26,657 nt of DNA. It comes from a bacterium (GTDB lineage: Bacteria > DUMJ01). The stretch lies in NCBI GenBank assembly GCA_049969715.1, contig JBMFOH010000023.1, positions 1-26,657 on the forward strand, in the 5' to 3' direction. Made by a program: the position numbers and the translations under genes. The number at the start of each line of letters is the position of its first letter. The stretch's first letter is position 1. Shown piece by piece: positions 1 through 8,754 of the stretch. The notes below the pieces were generated by a model that did no database searches, was not told where the DNA came from, and saw only the letters and a list, made by a program, of their open reading frames with translations.

Positions 1-1
1 T

Positions 2-217
2 CAGAAGGAGGCAGAGGAGATTGCTAGAAGGATGAAAAGTGAGGAAGAGGCCATAGAGTTAGCATTGAATATAGAAAAGGACACGCTATTATTCTATTAC
101 GAACTGATAGATGGGGTAGAAAGAGAGGAAAAAGAGATAGTTAAAAGACTAATAGAGCAAGAGAAGACTCATATTAGAAGATTAACTACCCTGAGACAGA
201 TAATAAAAGCAGGTTGA
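2..217 (+). CDS. Ferritin-like / rubrerythrin-family protein, C-terminal fragment (5' end lies outside window)
   Basis: Frame 2 is open from the first base of the window, so the ATG at 32 is probably internal. Sequence is EEAIELALNIEKDTLLFYYEL...EQEKTHIRRL, with an E-x-x-H-like diiron-ligand spacing and a charged helical character typical of the ferritin-like superfamily. Assignment is by eye only. Confidence 0.4.
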   Translation, partial: QKEAEEIARRMKSEEEAIELALNIEKDTLLFYYELIDGVEREEKEIVKRLIEQEKTHIRRLTTLRQIIKAG

Positions 218-298
218 TCTATACCCCCTCAGAGTTTTTGACTATATAGGAATTTCATGCTATTCTATTCTTAGAAACTATTAAGAAAGGAGGAAGCG

Positions 299-748
299 AT
301 GAAAGTAAAGGTAATTTTCGGGGCGTTAACAGTATTCTTTTTTCTCTTTGTTTCTTCGATAGCTTGGGCGGACCCATTTAGTATAGGGATGAAAATAGAT
401 CTCTTAGATATAGGGAGAGCAAATCTACCCTTCTTTGGAATCAGTATGGAAACAGAGCTTATCCCATCCTTTGGAAGTAGACTCTCTATATCTTTCAACG
501 CCACAGATAGTACAGTACTTTCGCTTTTGGGGATAGATGGACTATATAAAATATCTTTTCCCGGGGAGATTCTTATCCCATATTTTGGCTTAGGGATCGC
601 TTATCTTACTGATGGAACTTCAGGTGCTAGTGGCGGTAATTTTTTCGGAGGATTAGAAGTAGACAATATGACTCTAGAGGGAGGTTTTCTCTATTTCTTT
701 GAGAGTAACACCCTAAGCTCTAGGATTGGATTTTATATCCCATTTTAG
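299..748 (+). CDS. Small outer-membrane beta-barrel protein (OmpW/OmpX-like size, about 125 aa mature)
   Basis: N-terminal signal peptide MKVKVIFGALTVFFFLFVSSIAWA|DP. Amphipathic alternating strands rich in G/S/T/aromatics. C-terminal ...GFYIPF ends in Phe, the BAM-targeting signature. Strong RBS AAGGAGGAAGCG precedes the ATG. Candidate -35/-10 TTGACT-17-TATTCT at about 238-266. Confidence 0.6.
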   Translation: MKVKVIFGALTVFFFLFVSSIAWADPFSIGMKIDLLDIGRANLPFFGISMETELIPSFGSRLSISFNATDSTVLSLLGIDGLYKISFPGEILIPYFGLGIAYLTDGTSGASGGNFFGGLEVDNMTLEGGFLYFFESNTLSSRIGFYIPF

Positions 749-757
749 GGATAAATA

Positions 758-789
758 ATAGGAAGAGGAGCGGTTACTCCTCTTCCTAT
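758..789. terminator. Bidirectional intrinsic terminator between convergent genes
   Basis: Perfect 13-bp inverted repeat ATAGGAAGAGGAG-cggtta-CTCCTCTTCCTAT. It is flanked by T-rich tracts on both strands (tatttat). It sits between the OMP gene stop (748) and the minus-strand PHP gene stop (805). Confidence 0.7.
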
Positions 790-804
790 TATTTATCCTA
801 TTAT

Positions 805-2106
805 TTATAAGATGTAATTATATCTTTTCCCTAGCTCTGCATATATCTCTATCCTCTTATTGAGATCTGGATATCTCTCTATAGTTTCTCTAGAAAAGAG
901 TCCTTTATTTATATCTTTTGTAGCTAGCCTTTCATGAGCGATCAATGCCCACGTTGAATCTATAAGGTTTCTAAATTCAGGGTCTTTTAATTTCTCGCAT
1001 ATAAATGGTTGTCTAGGAGAATTTATGTCCTCCCCACTTATCTGAAAGAATCCATACTTATCGCAGAGAGCCTTTACCCTTTTAAGTTGAGCCAATGTAT
1101 TTCTTGAGGGCATATACGTAACAGCATCGAATCCCAATCCTTTAAGGACATCAAAAAGGAGGTCTAGATATTCGTCCTCAAACTTTTCACTCTTCTTATC
1201 GCCAGTAACAGATTCTTCTATATCACCAAGATATGCATATGCCAGAATAGAACCAATCTCCTTTGAAAATCTAACTATCTCCTCTACATCGGGGCATTCT
1301 GTAGTTGCCTCTATATAGAATCTTTCTACCAGTTCTGCCTTTAGGGCTCCTAAGAGGTCATAGTCATAAAATTCATTATTCGCATCCAATAAGTAGTTCT
1401 CTATCCTCCTGGTTAATCTTATCTTTAATATCTCCTTCAGGAATCTAACAAGATTTTCTCCTTTCCCATATTTTTCTATCAGTCTATGGGATAAAGCAAA
1501 GATGATATGCCTTTCTGTGATACTTCCACCTTCATTATACATAGAGAGAGGTATAACATCCTTTTCAAAATCAATATGGATGTCTAATGGTTCCATCATA
1601 TGGTTAATCCTCTCTACCATTAATCTGTTTCTCTTATTCCTCTCAGAAAGATAATAAGATAAGTATTCCCTTACCTTGTCGACCTGGGTATGGGGGATAC
1701 CATGCAAAGAGACATAGGCTATAGACCGCTGGTCAGGATTATTAAGCTTTCTACCCTTTAATGGAGTTTTAGAAAAGTCTACCCTACATTCTATACCTAT
1801 CGTAGTTGCTATTTCCATAATCTTACCTGCAGTAATAAACTCCTTTGCCCCACTTATAGAATCATGGTCCATTATACCTGCAGTAATGAGCCCTGATTTG
1901 TAAGCCATCCATATGGCTTTAGTAGGAGAATATGGAGAAAAAGAATAGGTTGTATGAATATGATTATTCACTGCATAGTCATTTACCTCAGGTCTTGCTA
2001 TATCTCCCTTATCTATCCCCTCTTTTAATATCTTTAGATTTGTAAGTCTTATATCAACCTTAGGATTGTTTAAATCCTCTATATACTCTAGGTATCTTTC
2101 TTGCAT
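805..2106 (-). CDS. PHP-domain (polymerase/histidinol-phosphatase fold) metal-dependent phosphoesterase, 433 aa
   Basis: N-terminal PHP signatures NNHIHTTYSFSPYSP (first His motif) and AGIMDHDSISG (D-H-D motif), plus downstream acidic/His residues spaced as in PHP proteins. The C-terminal roughly 250 aa has no motif I recognise. Confidence 0.65.
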   Translation of the reverse strand: MQERYLEYIEDLNNPKVDIRLTNLKILKEGIDKGDIARPEVNDYAVNNHIHTTYSFSPYSPTKAIWMAYKSGLITAGIMDHDSISGAKEFITAGKIMEIATTIGIECRVDFSKTPLKGRKLNNPDQRSIAYVSLHGIPHTQVDKVREYLSYYLSERNKRNRLMVERINHMMEPLDIHIDFEKDVIPLSMYNEGGSITERHIIFALSHRLIEKYGKGENLVRFLKEILKIRLTRRIENYLLDANNEFYDYDLLGALKAELVERFYIEATTECPDVEEIVRFSKEIGSILAYAYLGDIEESVTGDKKSEKFEDEYLDLLFDVLKGLGFDAVTYMPSRNTLAQLKRVKALCDKYGFFQISGEDINSPRQPFICEKLKDPEFRNLIDSTWALIAHERLATKDINKGLFSRETIERYPDLNKRIEIYAELGKRYNYIL

Positions 2107-2209
2107 AATATCTAACTCCTTTCTATTTTATTTTTATACTATCACAAAACGAATGCTTTGGAAATATAATTTTATGATACAATATAAGAAAAAGATGGGA
2201 GGGATATTT

Positions 2210-3157
2210 ATGAAGTTAGTCCCAATAGTTTTCCTATCCATTATTGTTATAGAAGCCATATGGTGGATAGTGTGGATGGTATTAGCATTTACTAGAAAGA
2301 TCTATGCTAACTTCTTCTTTATGCTCGCCATATTCATAGGATGGGGGTTTCTAGCCCATATAGGTATAAGAAATATCACAACGATAACTATCCTAGAGAA
2401 GGCTATCGGTTCATTTGGACTACTGCTTGTTCTCTTTATAGTACCTATTATCCTACTCCCAGGGATGGTAGTGATTATTCCAGAATATCAGCGGGGCGTA
2501 CTTTTCCGATTGGGTAGATTAGCAGGAACATTAAATCCAGGGCTTAATGTCATCTTTCCCTTTGGTATAGATCGAGTTTGGAAGATAGACCTAAGGACAT
2601 TCACCATAGATGTATCAAAACAGGAGGTAATTACTAAAGATAACGTTCCTGTAATGGTTGACGCGGTAGTATACTTCAATGTGTCTAATCCTGTTCTAGC
2701 AGTAACTAAGGTGGAGAACTATACTAACAGTACTACCTTATTAGCACAGACTCTTCTACGTTCGGTTTTGGGGCAGCATGAGTTAGATGATATGTTAGCC
2801 CAAAGAGCACAGCTCAATGAGGTATTAAAGAATCTCCTTGACGAAGCTACTGACCCTTGGGGTATAAAGGTGACAGCAGTAGAAATAAAAAGTGTGGAAC
2901 TACCAGATACAATGAAACGAGCTATGGCAAAGCAAGCAGAGGCAGAGAGAGAAAGAAGGGCTAAGATTATAGCTGCCGATGGTGAATATCAGGCTGCACA
3001 GAAACTATTAGAGGCTGCCCAGGTGATCTCTAAAGACCCATCAGCAATACAACTGCGTTATCTACAGACATTAACAGAGATAGCAGTAGAGAAGAATTCT
3101 ACAATAATATTCCCGTTACCTATGGAGATATTAAAAATCTTTGAGGCGAAAGCCTAA
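2210..3157 (+). CDS. SPFH / band-7 (stomatin-prohibitin) family protein with extended polytopic N-terminal membrane region
   Basis: Core stomatin start IPEYQRGVLFRLGRL, then ...VDAVVYFNVSNP...LAQTLLRSVLG...ELDDMLAQR... and an alanine/glutamate-rich coiled coil AKQAEAERERRAKIIAADGEYQAA, all typical of SPFH. I prefer the start at ATG 2210 (GGAGGG RBS) over the track ORF start at 2066, which would overlap the divergent PHP gene. Three to four hydrophobic helices precede the SPFH domain. Confidence 0.85.
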   Translation: MKLVPIVFLSIIVIEAIWWIVWMVLAFTRKIYANFFFMLAIFIGWGFLAHIGIRNITTITILEKAIGSFGLLLVLFIVPIILLPGMVVIIPEYQRGVLFRLGRLAGTLNPGLNVIFPFGIDRVWKIDLRTFTIDVSKQEVITKDNVPVMVDAVVYFNVSNPVLAVTKVENYTNSTTLLAQTLLRSVLGQHELDDMLAQRAQLNEVLKNLLDEATDPWGIKVTAVEIKSVELPDTMKRAMAKQAEAERERRAKIIAADGEYQAAQKLLEAAQVISKDPSAIQLRYLQTLTEIAVEKNSTIIFPLPMEILKIFEAKA

Positions 3158-3173
3158 GATAAAAGGAGGAAAG

Positions 3174-3443
3174 ATGGATAATACAGAATGGATTTGGAAC
3201 GAGGAGTCAGGACTCTCAGAGGAAGGAAAGGAAAAGATACTAGAATTTATCAGAGAATTTGAAAAGGATGAAGGTGGTACCCTAGATATCCTTATTGAAG
3301 GGGTAGGAGGTCACTTCTCAGAGCTTATCAATTATCCCAAGCCTGAAGACTGGAAGTTTTTCCCTACTGAATGGATATGCTATAGAAAGGATAAGGAAGA
3401 GATGGCAAAAAGAGTTATAGAAAACCTTCATCCCGAGATGTAA
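3174..3443 (+). CDS. Small acidic hypothetical protein (89 aa), translationally linked to SPFH gene
   Basis: ATG at 3174 is preceded by AAAAGGAGGAAAG, 17 nt after the SPFH stop. The TTG at 3141 in the ORF track is unlikely to be the start. No TM segment and no recognisable domain. It is not an NfeD-like partner, having no TM region or OB-fold pattern. Confidence 0.5.
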   Translation: MDNTEWIWNEESGLSEEGKEKILEFIREFEKDEGGTLDILIEGVGGHFSELINYPKPEDWKFFPTEWICYRKDKEEMAKRVIENLHPEM

Positions 3444-3457
3444 CCTATAGAGTACAG

Positions 3458-4084
3458 ATGTCTTTAAGTAATCTTACTATAAGAAGGGGTAGAATTGAAG
3501 ATGCTCAAGACTTTTCTAGTCTTGTTTTAATTTCTGCCCCTATCTTTTTCCCATTATTGTTTGGGCATAATGTTCAAGAAGTAATGAAGAACCTGTTCCG
3601 AAATCATAGCAATATTTTTAGCTTCCAACATTCATATTTTATCGAACTAGATGGTAGAAACATTGGTATGGCTCTTGGGTATACTTGGAATGAGGGAAGG
3701 GAGGAAGGGTTTAATACTGGAATGCTTCTAGTTAAATATCTCAAATGGGATATCATTACACAGGCTCATTATCTACTTAAAGCCCGAGAGATATTGGGAG
3801 AGATCATAGAAGGAGACTATTATATAAGTAATATTGCAGTGTATCCTGAATTTAGAGGACTTGGATTAGGAACTAAGCTTCTAGAGAAGATGGAAGACGA
3901 AGCGAAGGAAACAGATTGCAAGAGAATGATATTAGATTTAGAGACTGAGAATAAGGGTGCAATGGCATTATACAAAAGACTTGGATACGATACAGAGAAG
4001 GAGTCTTCCACCATGGTTATTAGAGGCAAGAGATTTAAATTCCTTAGAATGAGAAAGATTATAAAAAGAGGGATGGGAGGGTGA
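3458..4084 (+). CDS. GNAT-family N-acetyltransferase
   Basis: Motif A of GNAT is ISNIAVYPEFRGLGLGTKLL (V/I-x-x-x-x-R-G-x-G-x-G/A). A downstream ...AMALYKRLGY... matches motif B. Length is 208 aa. Confidence 0.8.
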   Translation: MSLSNLTIRRGRIEDAQDFSSLVLISAPIFFPLLFGHNVQEVMKNLFRNHSNIFSFQHSYFIELDGRNIGMALGYTWNEGREEGFNTGMLLVKYLKWDIITQAHYLLKAREILGEIIEGDYYISNIAVYPEFRGLGLGTKLLEKMEDEAKETDCKRMILDLETENKGAMALYKRLGYDTEKESSTMVIRGKRFKFLRMRKIIKRGMGG

Positions 4085-4088
4085 TTAA

Positions 4089-5207
4089 ATGTGTGACACT
4101 ATTGTGGCTTTAGGAAATTCCACATTGAATGGATCCGTCTTGTTTGGTAAAAATAGTGATAGAGAAAAGGACGAGCCTCATATTATAATACGAGTTCCAA
4201 GGAAAGAACATAAGAAGGGAGAAAGGGTTAGGTGCACCTATATTGAGATCGATCAAGCTGAATTGACATATGACTGTATCCTGTGTAAACCATCCTGGAT
4301 ATGGGGTGCAGAGATGGGGGTAAATGAAAATGGGGTTGTAATAGGAAACGAAGCAGTATTTACGAAAGAAAGACAAGGTCCACCAGCACTTCTAGGAATG
4401 GATATCTTACGGCTTGCCCTTGAGAGGAGTAAGACAGCAAAAGAAGCGGTTGATAACATTATCTACCTTATAGAGCATTATGGACAGGGTGGAAAGTGTG
4501 GTTATACTAAGGACTTAAGATATCATAATTCCTTTCTTGTTGCTGATTTTACATCTGCCTGGGTTGTAGAAACAGCTGGCTCTTATTGGGAATTAGAAAA
4601 GGTCAAAGATATTAGAAGCATCTCTAATGCTCTAACTATAAGAGAGTTTAAGAAGAGATATGAGAATAAACTCATTACGAAATTCAGTTGTGGAGACTTT
4701 CGACAGAATCTAACTACGGGTATGCTAAGAGAAAAGAAGGAAAGACTTACAGTAGAGGATTTTAAAGATATCTTAAGGTATCATTATAATCTACACAGTA
4801 AAAACATCTTGTACGGTTCGATGAAAAACATATGTATGCACTCAAAAAGTATCATCTCAAGCGAGACAACAGGTAGTCTTATTGTAGAACTTGTAGATAA
4901 CGAGATAAATATATTTGCCACTGGGAGTTCTCTTCCTTGTCTTTCTGTATATAAACCCTTATGGTTTGTAGAGGATATGGAACTTTTCTATAGTGAAGAT
5001 AACATTAGCCCAGCAGTTGATTATTGGAAGGAGCAGAGAAAGATCATAGAGCAAGTTGAAAAGGGTAAAAGAGATAGAGCTACTTATTTGGAAAATAGAA
5101 ATCGAGTTGAAAGAGAGCTGTTTGAACTTGCAAGGTCTAGCAGAGATGATGTCGAAAGAGAAGAGGTTATAAAGAAGGCATGGAGAAGTATTCAAATTAC
5201 AGATTAA
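4089..5207 (+). CDS. N-terminal-nucleophile (Ntn) hydrolase, peptidase C69 / secernin-like
   Basis: The protein begins MCDTIVALG...GSVLFGKNSDRE. Cys2 immediately after the initiator Met and the GKNSDR motif match C69 dipeptidases and secernins (e.g. ...VVFGKNSAR... in secernin). RBS GGGAGGG is present. The gene starts 4 nt after the GNAT stop. Confidence 0.65.
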   Translation: MCDTIVALGNSTLNGSVLFGKNSDREKDEPHIIIRVPRKEHKKGERVRCTYIEIDQAELTYDCILCKPSWIWGAEMGVNENGVVIGNEAVFTKERQGPPALLGMDILRLALERSKTAKEAVDNIIYLIEHYGQGGKCGYTKDLRYHNSFLVADFTSAWVVETAGSYWELEKVKDIRSISNALTIREFKKRYENKLITKFSCGDFRQNLTTGMLREKKERLTVEDFKDILRYHYNLHSKNILYGSMKNICMHSKSIISSETTGSLIVELVDNEINIFATGSSLPCLSVYKPLWFVEDMELFYSEDNISPAVDYWKEQRKIIEQVEKGKRDRATYLENRNRVERELFELARSSRDDVEREEVIKKAWRSIQITD

Positions 5208-5244
5208 TCTAGTCTCATCCTATGAAAAGCTTAACAGCAAGAGA

Positions 5245-5274
5245 TTGACAAACTTATAAATGATATAGTATACT
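5245..5274 (+). promoter_or_regulatory. Sigma-70-type promoter for the GntR/PBP regulator gene
   Basis: TTGACA (5245-5250), an 18-nt spacer, then TATACT (5269-5274). This sits about 39 nt upstream of ATG 5313. Palindromic boxes GTATAC (5268-5273) and GTATATAC (5285-5292) overlap and flank the -10 and may be an operator. Confidence 0.55.
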
Positions 5275-5312
5275 GTTATCAGTCGTATATACAATAGACA
5301 TTTAGAGGAGAT

Positions 5313-6449
5313 ATGTTAAAGGTATTGGGAGATTGGGATTTATTACCTATATATGCTAAGATAGCGGAGACCCTGAGGGAAGAGATAAAGAACGGTACTC
5401 TTAAGCCTGGGGACCAGCTTCCTACAGAGGAAGAGTTATGTAATTTCTATAATGTAAGTCGAGGGACTATAAGAAAGGCTCTCAGTCTATTAGAGTCGGA
5501 AGGTATTATCTCAAGGAGACAAGGAGTCGGAAGTTTTGTAGGTAGTGCACCTGAGAAGATATCGGCAAAAAGTATAGCCTTGATAATACCATATATGAAA
5601 TATATGGGCTCAGACCTTTTACTTGGTATAGAAAGAGCTATAAAGGTTGGCGGATATCATCTCTTTTTCTTCTGTTCTGATGGTAATGTAGACATAGAGG
5701 TAGAAAAGGTAAATCAGCTTATTAATTCAGATATAAAAGGAATCATCTTATATACACTTGAAGGAGAGTATAAAGACGTAGGAATAAGAAATCTGATAGA
5801 TTCAAAAAAGCCATTCGTTCTTATAGATAGGTATCTTCCTCATATCAATACATCCTGGGTGGTCTCTGATAACTATAATGGGGGCTATGAGATGACAAAA
5901 TATCTTATTAAAAGAGGACATTCTAGGATATGTTTTGCCATCTATTCTGAGGAGTACTATGAGGTTACCTCAGTGAGAGATAGAAGATTGGGGTATCTAA
6001 AGGCAATGGAAGATTATGAGTTATCTCCCAGTGTAATACAGTCTTATCCTCAGATGCCACCTCAAGATGAAAAGGAACTAAGAGAAGGTTTTAATATATT
6101 TATAGATGAAATAGAAAGGTCTATTAGAAATGAAGGAACTACCGCTTTCTTTGGGATAAACGATATGACTGCCGTAAGGATTATGAGGTCTCTTTCAGAG
6201 AGAGGATACAAGATTCCTCAGGAGGTATCGATTGTTGGCTTTGACTGTATGAGGATACTAAGAGACATTGGGATAAGGCTTACTTCTGTATATCAAGACT
6301 TCTTTCAGATGGGTTTTGAGGCAGGTAAGTTTATCCTAGAGAAGATTAATAACCCTAACCTAGAAGACAAGCAAATCTCTATACCTATAGAGATAAGGAG
6401 AGGAGATACAGTAAAGGCGTTTATAGAAGAGGAGGTGATAGGGGTATAA
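5313..6449 (+). CDS. Transcriptional regulator: N-terminal GntR-family winged HTH fused to LacI/PBP type-1 sugar-binding domain (AraR-like architecture)
   Basis: The N-terminus ...PIYAKIAETLREEIKNGTLKPGDQLPTEEELCNFYNVSRGTIRKALSLLESEGIISRRQGVGSFV is a GntR HTH. The remaining roughly 300 aa are ...IALIIPYM...GIILYTLEG...FVLIDRY...SDNYNGGYEMTKYLIKRGHSRICF...SIVGFD..., a periplasmic-binding-protein-like effector domain as in LacI/AraR. RBS GAGGAG is present. Confidence 0.8.
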   Translation: MLKVLGDWDLLPIYAKIAETLREEIKNGTLKPGDQLPTEEELCNFYNVSRGTIRKALSLLESEGIISRRQGVGSFVGSAPEKISAKSIALIIPYMKYMGSDLLLGIERAIKVGGYHLFFFCSDGNVDIEVEKVNQLINSDIKGIILYTLEGEYKDVGIRNLIDSKKPFVLIDRYLPHINTSWVVSDNYNGGYEMTKYLIKRGHSRICFAIYSEEYYEVTSVRDRRLGYLKAMEDYELSPSVIQSYPQMPPQDEKELREGFNIFIDEIERSIRNEGTTAFFGINDMTAVRIMRSLSERGYKIPQEVSIVGFDCMRILRDIGIRLTSVYQDFFQMGFEAGKFILEKINNPNLEDKQISIPIEIRRGDTVKAFIEEEVIGV

Positions 6450-6538
6450 GAGAAATTTAGGATTTTATGACTTATATCTTTAAGGGGGAAGTAAGAGGTA
6501 GGATTAAAATTTATAAATTAAGAAAAGGAGGCGTGTAA

Positions 6539-7843
6539 ATGTTTGGTAAGAAGCTATTAATAGGGTTTATTTCAGCTTTACTTGTTTTGAGTAGTTTGAC
6601 CTTTGCATTTGCTAAGACTACAGTGACATTTTGGTCTGTATTTACAGGAGACCCATATAAAAGTTCTATTCAACATATCGTAGATGAATTCAATAAACAG
6701 AACCCAGATATCGAAGTAAAAGTTACTCTAGTAGCAGCAAGCGCAGTAACAGATGTATCTAAGCTTATGACTGCAGTGGCAGGTGGAGTGGGACCAGACA
6801 TCTATACTGTAGATAGGTTTACCGCTGCTCAAAGAGGAGCGACTGGAATCCTCGAACCTCTAAACGACCTTATAAAGGCTTCATTCGGTTCTGTGGAAAC
6901 CCTCCAAAAGGAGTATCTACCTTTTGCTTGGGATGAAGCTACTTGGGATGGTAAGGTTTGGGTATTGCCATTTGATACAGATGATAGAGCTCTATACTAT
7001 AGAAGAGACCACATCAGAGAAGTGGGCCTTAGTGGGCCACCCAAGACTATAGCAGAACTAGATACATATGCAGAGAAGCTTACGAAGAAAGATGCAAGTG
7101 GAAGATTCCTAAGGATAGGATTTATTCCATGGTTAGCACAAGGATGGCATTATACCTGGGGATGGGCATTTGGTGGAGAATTTTATAATCCAAAGACAAG
7201 GAAGCTCACAATCACAGACCCTCGTATTGTGCAATCCTTTGAATGGCAGAAGAGCTATGCTGATAAATATGGTATAGCAGCTATTCAGTCATTCTCTTCT
7301 GCATTTGGTTCTGAGGCTCAGGACCCATTCATTATGGGTATGGTATCTATGAAAGTAGATGGAGACTGGACTTTAGCTTTTATGGACAAATTTGCTCCCA
7401 AGATGAAGTGGGGAGTTGACTATGGTGTAACCTACATTCCAAGACCAGCAGAGTTAGCTAAGAAGCCTATCACCTGGGCTGGCGGATGGAGTTTTGGTAT
7501 CCCCAAGGGAGCAAAGCATGCTAAAGAGGCATTTGAATTCATGAAGTTTGCCTGTGGACCAATTGGACAGAAAACCTACTCTATAGAAACACTACACTTA
7601 CCAACTGTTGCAGAACTTTTAAAGGATAAAGATATTAGAGGAGAGAGAAGACATGCCTTCTTTGTAGACCTATTAAGGTATGCAAAGAACCGTCCTCCTC
7701 TACCAGTAGGTGCTCTCCTTTGGGATGAGCTTACTGCAGCAAGAGATGCGGTTATCAATGGACAGAAGACACCTCTAAAGGCTTGCCAGGATGTCGAGGC
7801 AAGAGTACAGCCAGAACTAGATAAGTTTTTCGCAGGTAAATAA
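6539..7843 (+). CDS. ABC transporter extracellular solute-binding protein, family 1 (carbohydrate, CUT1-type)
   Basis: Signal peptide MFGKKLLIGFISALLVLSSLTFAFA. Length about 430 aa, rich in W/Y/aromatics as in oligosaccharide-binding SBPs. RBS AAAAGGAGG. Immediately followed by two MalF/MalG-type permeases. Confidence 0.85.
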   Translation: MFGKKLLIGFISALLVLSSLTFAFAKTTVTFWSVFTGDPYKSSIQHIVDEFNKQNPDIEVKVTLVAASAVTDVSKLMTAVAGGVGPDIYTVDRFTAAQRGATGILEPLNDLIKASFGSVETLQKEYLPFAWDEATWDGKVWVLPFDTDDRALYYRRDHIREVGLSGPPKTIAELDTYAEKLTKKDASGRFLRIGFIPWLAQGWHYTWGWAFGGEFYNPKTRKLTITDPRIVQSFEWQKSYADKYGIAAIQSFSSAFGSEAQDPFIMGMVSMKVDGDWTLAFMDKFAPKMKWGVDYGVTYIPRPAELAKKPITWAGGWSFGIPKGAKHAKEAFEFMKFACGPIGQKTYSIETLHLPTVAELLKDKDIRGERRHAFFVDLLRYAKNRPPLPVGALLWDELTAARDAVINGQKTPLKACQDVEARVQPELDKFFAGK

Positions 7844-7856
7844 GGAGTATAGGGCA

Positions 7857-8750
7857 GTGAAGGCAAGTACATCAAGAAGAAATACCCTCTATGGGATATT
7901 ATTTGCGCTACCATGGATCCTTGGATTCTTAGCCTTCACTGCCTATCCTATTCTTGCCTCCCTATACTATAGTTTTACAGAGTATGTAGGAATAGGGACC
8001 CCTAAATGGATAGGCAGTGGAAATTATAATACGCTTTTCCATGATGAGCTTTTTGGGACCTCACTATATAATACACTCTATTATGTAGGGTTAGCGGTAC
8101 CAATAGGCTTTGTGGTAGGATTAGGTTTGGCATTATTACTCAATATAGACCTAAGAGAGATAGGGATTTATAGAACATTAGTATATCTCCCCTATGTGCT
8201 TCCTGCAGTGGCAGTGAGTTTTATATGGCTTTGGATGTTAAATCCTTATTACGGATTACTGAATCTATTCTTAAGCACAGTATTTCATATTCAAGGACCA
8301 GGCTGGTTCTCTGACCCTAAATGGGCTAAGCCAGCATTTGTAATGCTGGCACAGTGGGGAGCAGGGGGTTCAGCTGTTATATTTCTCTCATCTATTAAAG
8401 ATGTTCCCAGAGAGCTTTTAGAATCGGCAGAAATAGATGGGGCAGGATGGTGGACAAAGTTCAGTAGGATTATTATCCCTATGATAAGCCCTGTCATTCT
8501 ATACCATATAATCACTGCCCTTTTTGGTGGCTTTCAGATATTTACTACCGCTTATATAGCTACCAATGGAGGACCAGCAAATTCTACTCTTTTCTATGTG
8601 CTATACTTATATAGAAATGCATTCCAGTATAGCAAGATGGGTTATGCATCGGCAATGGCTTGGATACTCTTTATTATGGTCCTTATAATTACATTGATAA
8701 TCTTTAAGACATCTGCTAGATGGGTATTCTACAGGGGAGGAGGAGAATAA
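7857..8750 (+). CDS. Carbohydrate ABC transporter permease (MalF/UgpA-like)
   Basis: Six TM segments. EAA-loop region ...SAEIDGAGWWTKFSRIIIPMISPVIL. GTG start with AAGGAG RBS. Confidence 0.85.
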   Translation: MKASTSRRNTLYGILFALPWILGFLAFTAYPILASLYYSFTEYVGIGTPKWIGSGNYNTLFHDELFGTSLYNTLYYVGLAVPIGFVVGLGLALLLNIDLREIGIYRTLVYLPYVLPAVAVSFIWLWMLNPYYGLLNLFLSTVFHIQGPGWFSDPKWAKPAFVMLAQWGAGGSAVIFLSSIKDVPRELLESAEIDGAGWWTKFSRIIIPMISPVILYHIITALFGGFQIFTTAYIATNGGPANSTLFYVLYLYRNAFQYSKMGYASAMAWILFIMVLIITLIIFKTSARWVFYRGGGE

Positions 8751-8754
8751 ATCT

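Noticed and set aside
2066-2209. Long N-terminal extension of the SPFH ORF (track start 2066, MFKSSIYSRYL...)
   Set aside because: It overlaps the 5' end of the divergent PHP gene and has no RBS. ATG 2210 has a GGAGGG RBS and begins a plausible TM helix.
3141-3173. TTG start for the small ORF giving MRRKPKIKGGK extension
   Set aside because: The AAAAGGAGGAAAG Shine-Dalgarno lies inside this extension and is correctly spaced for ATG 3174.
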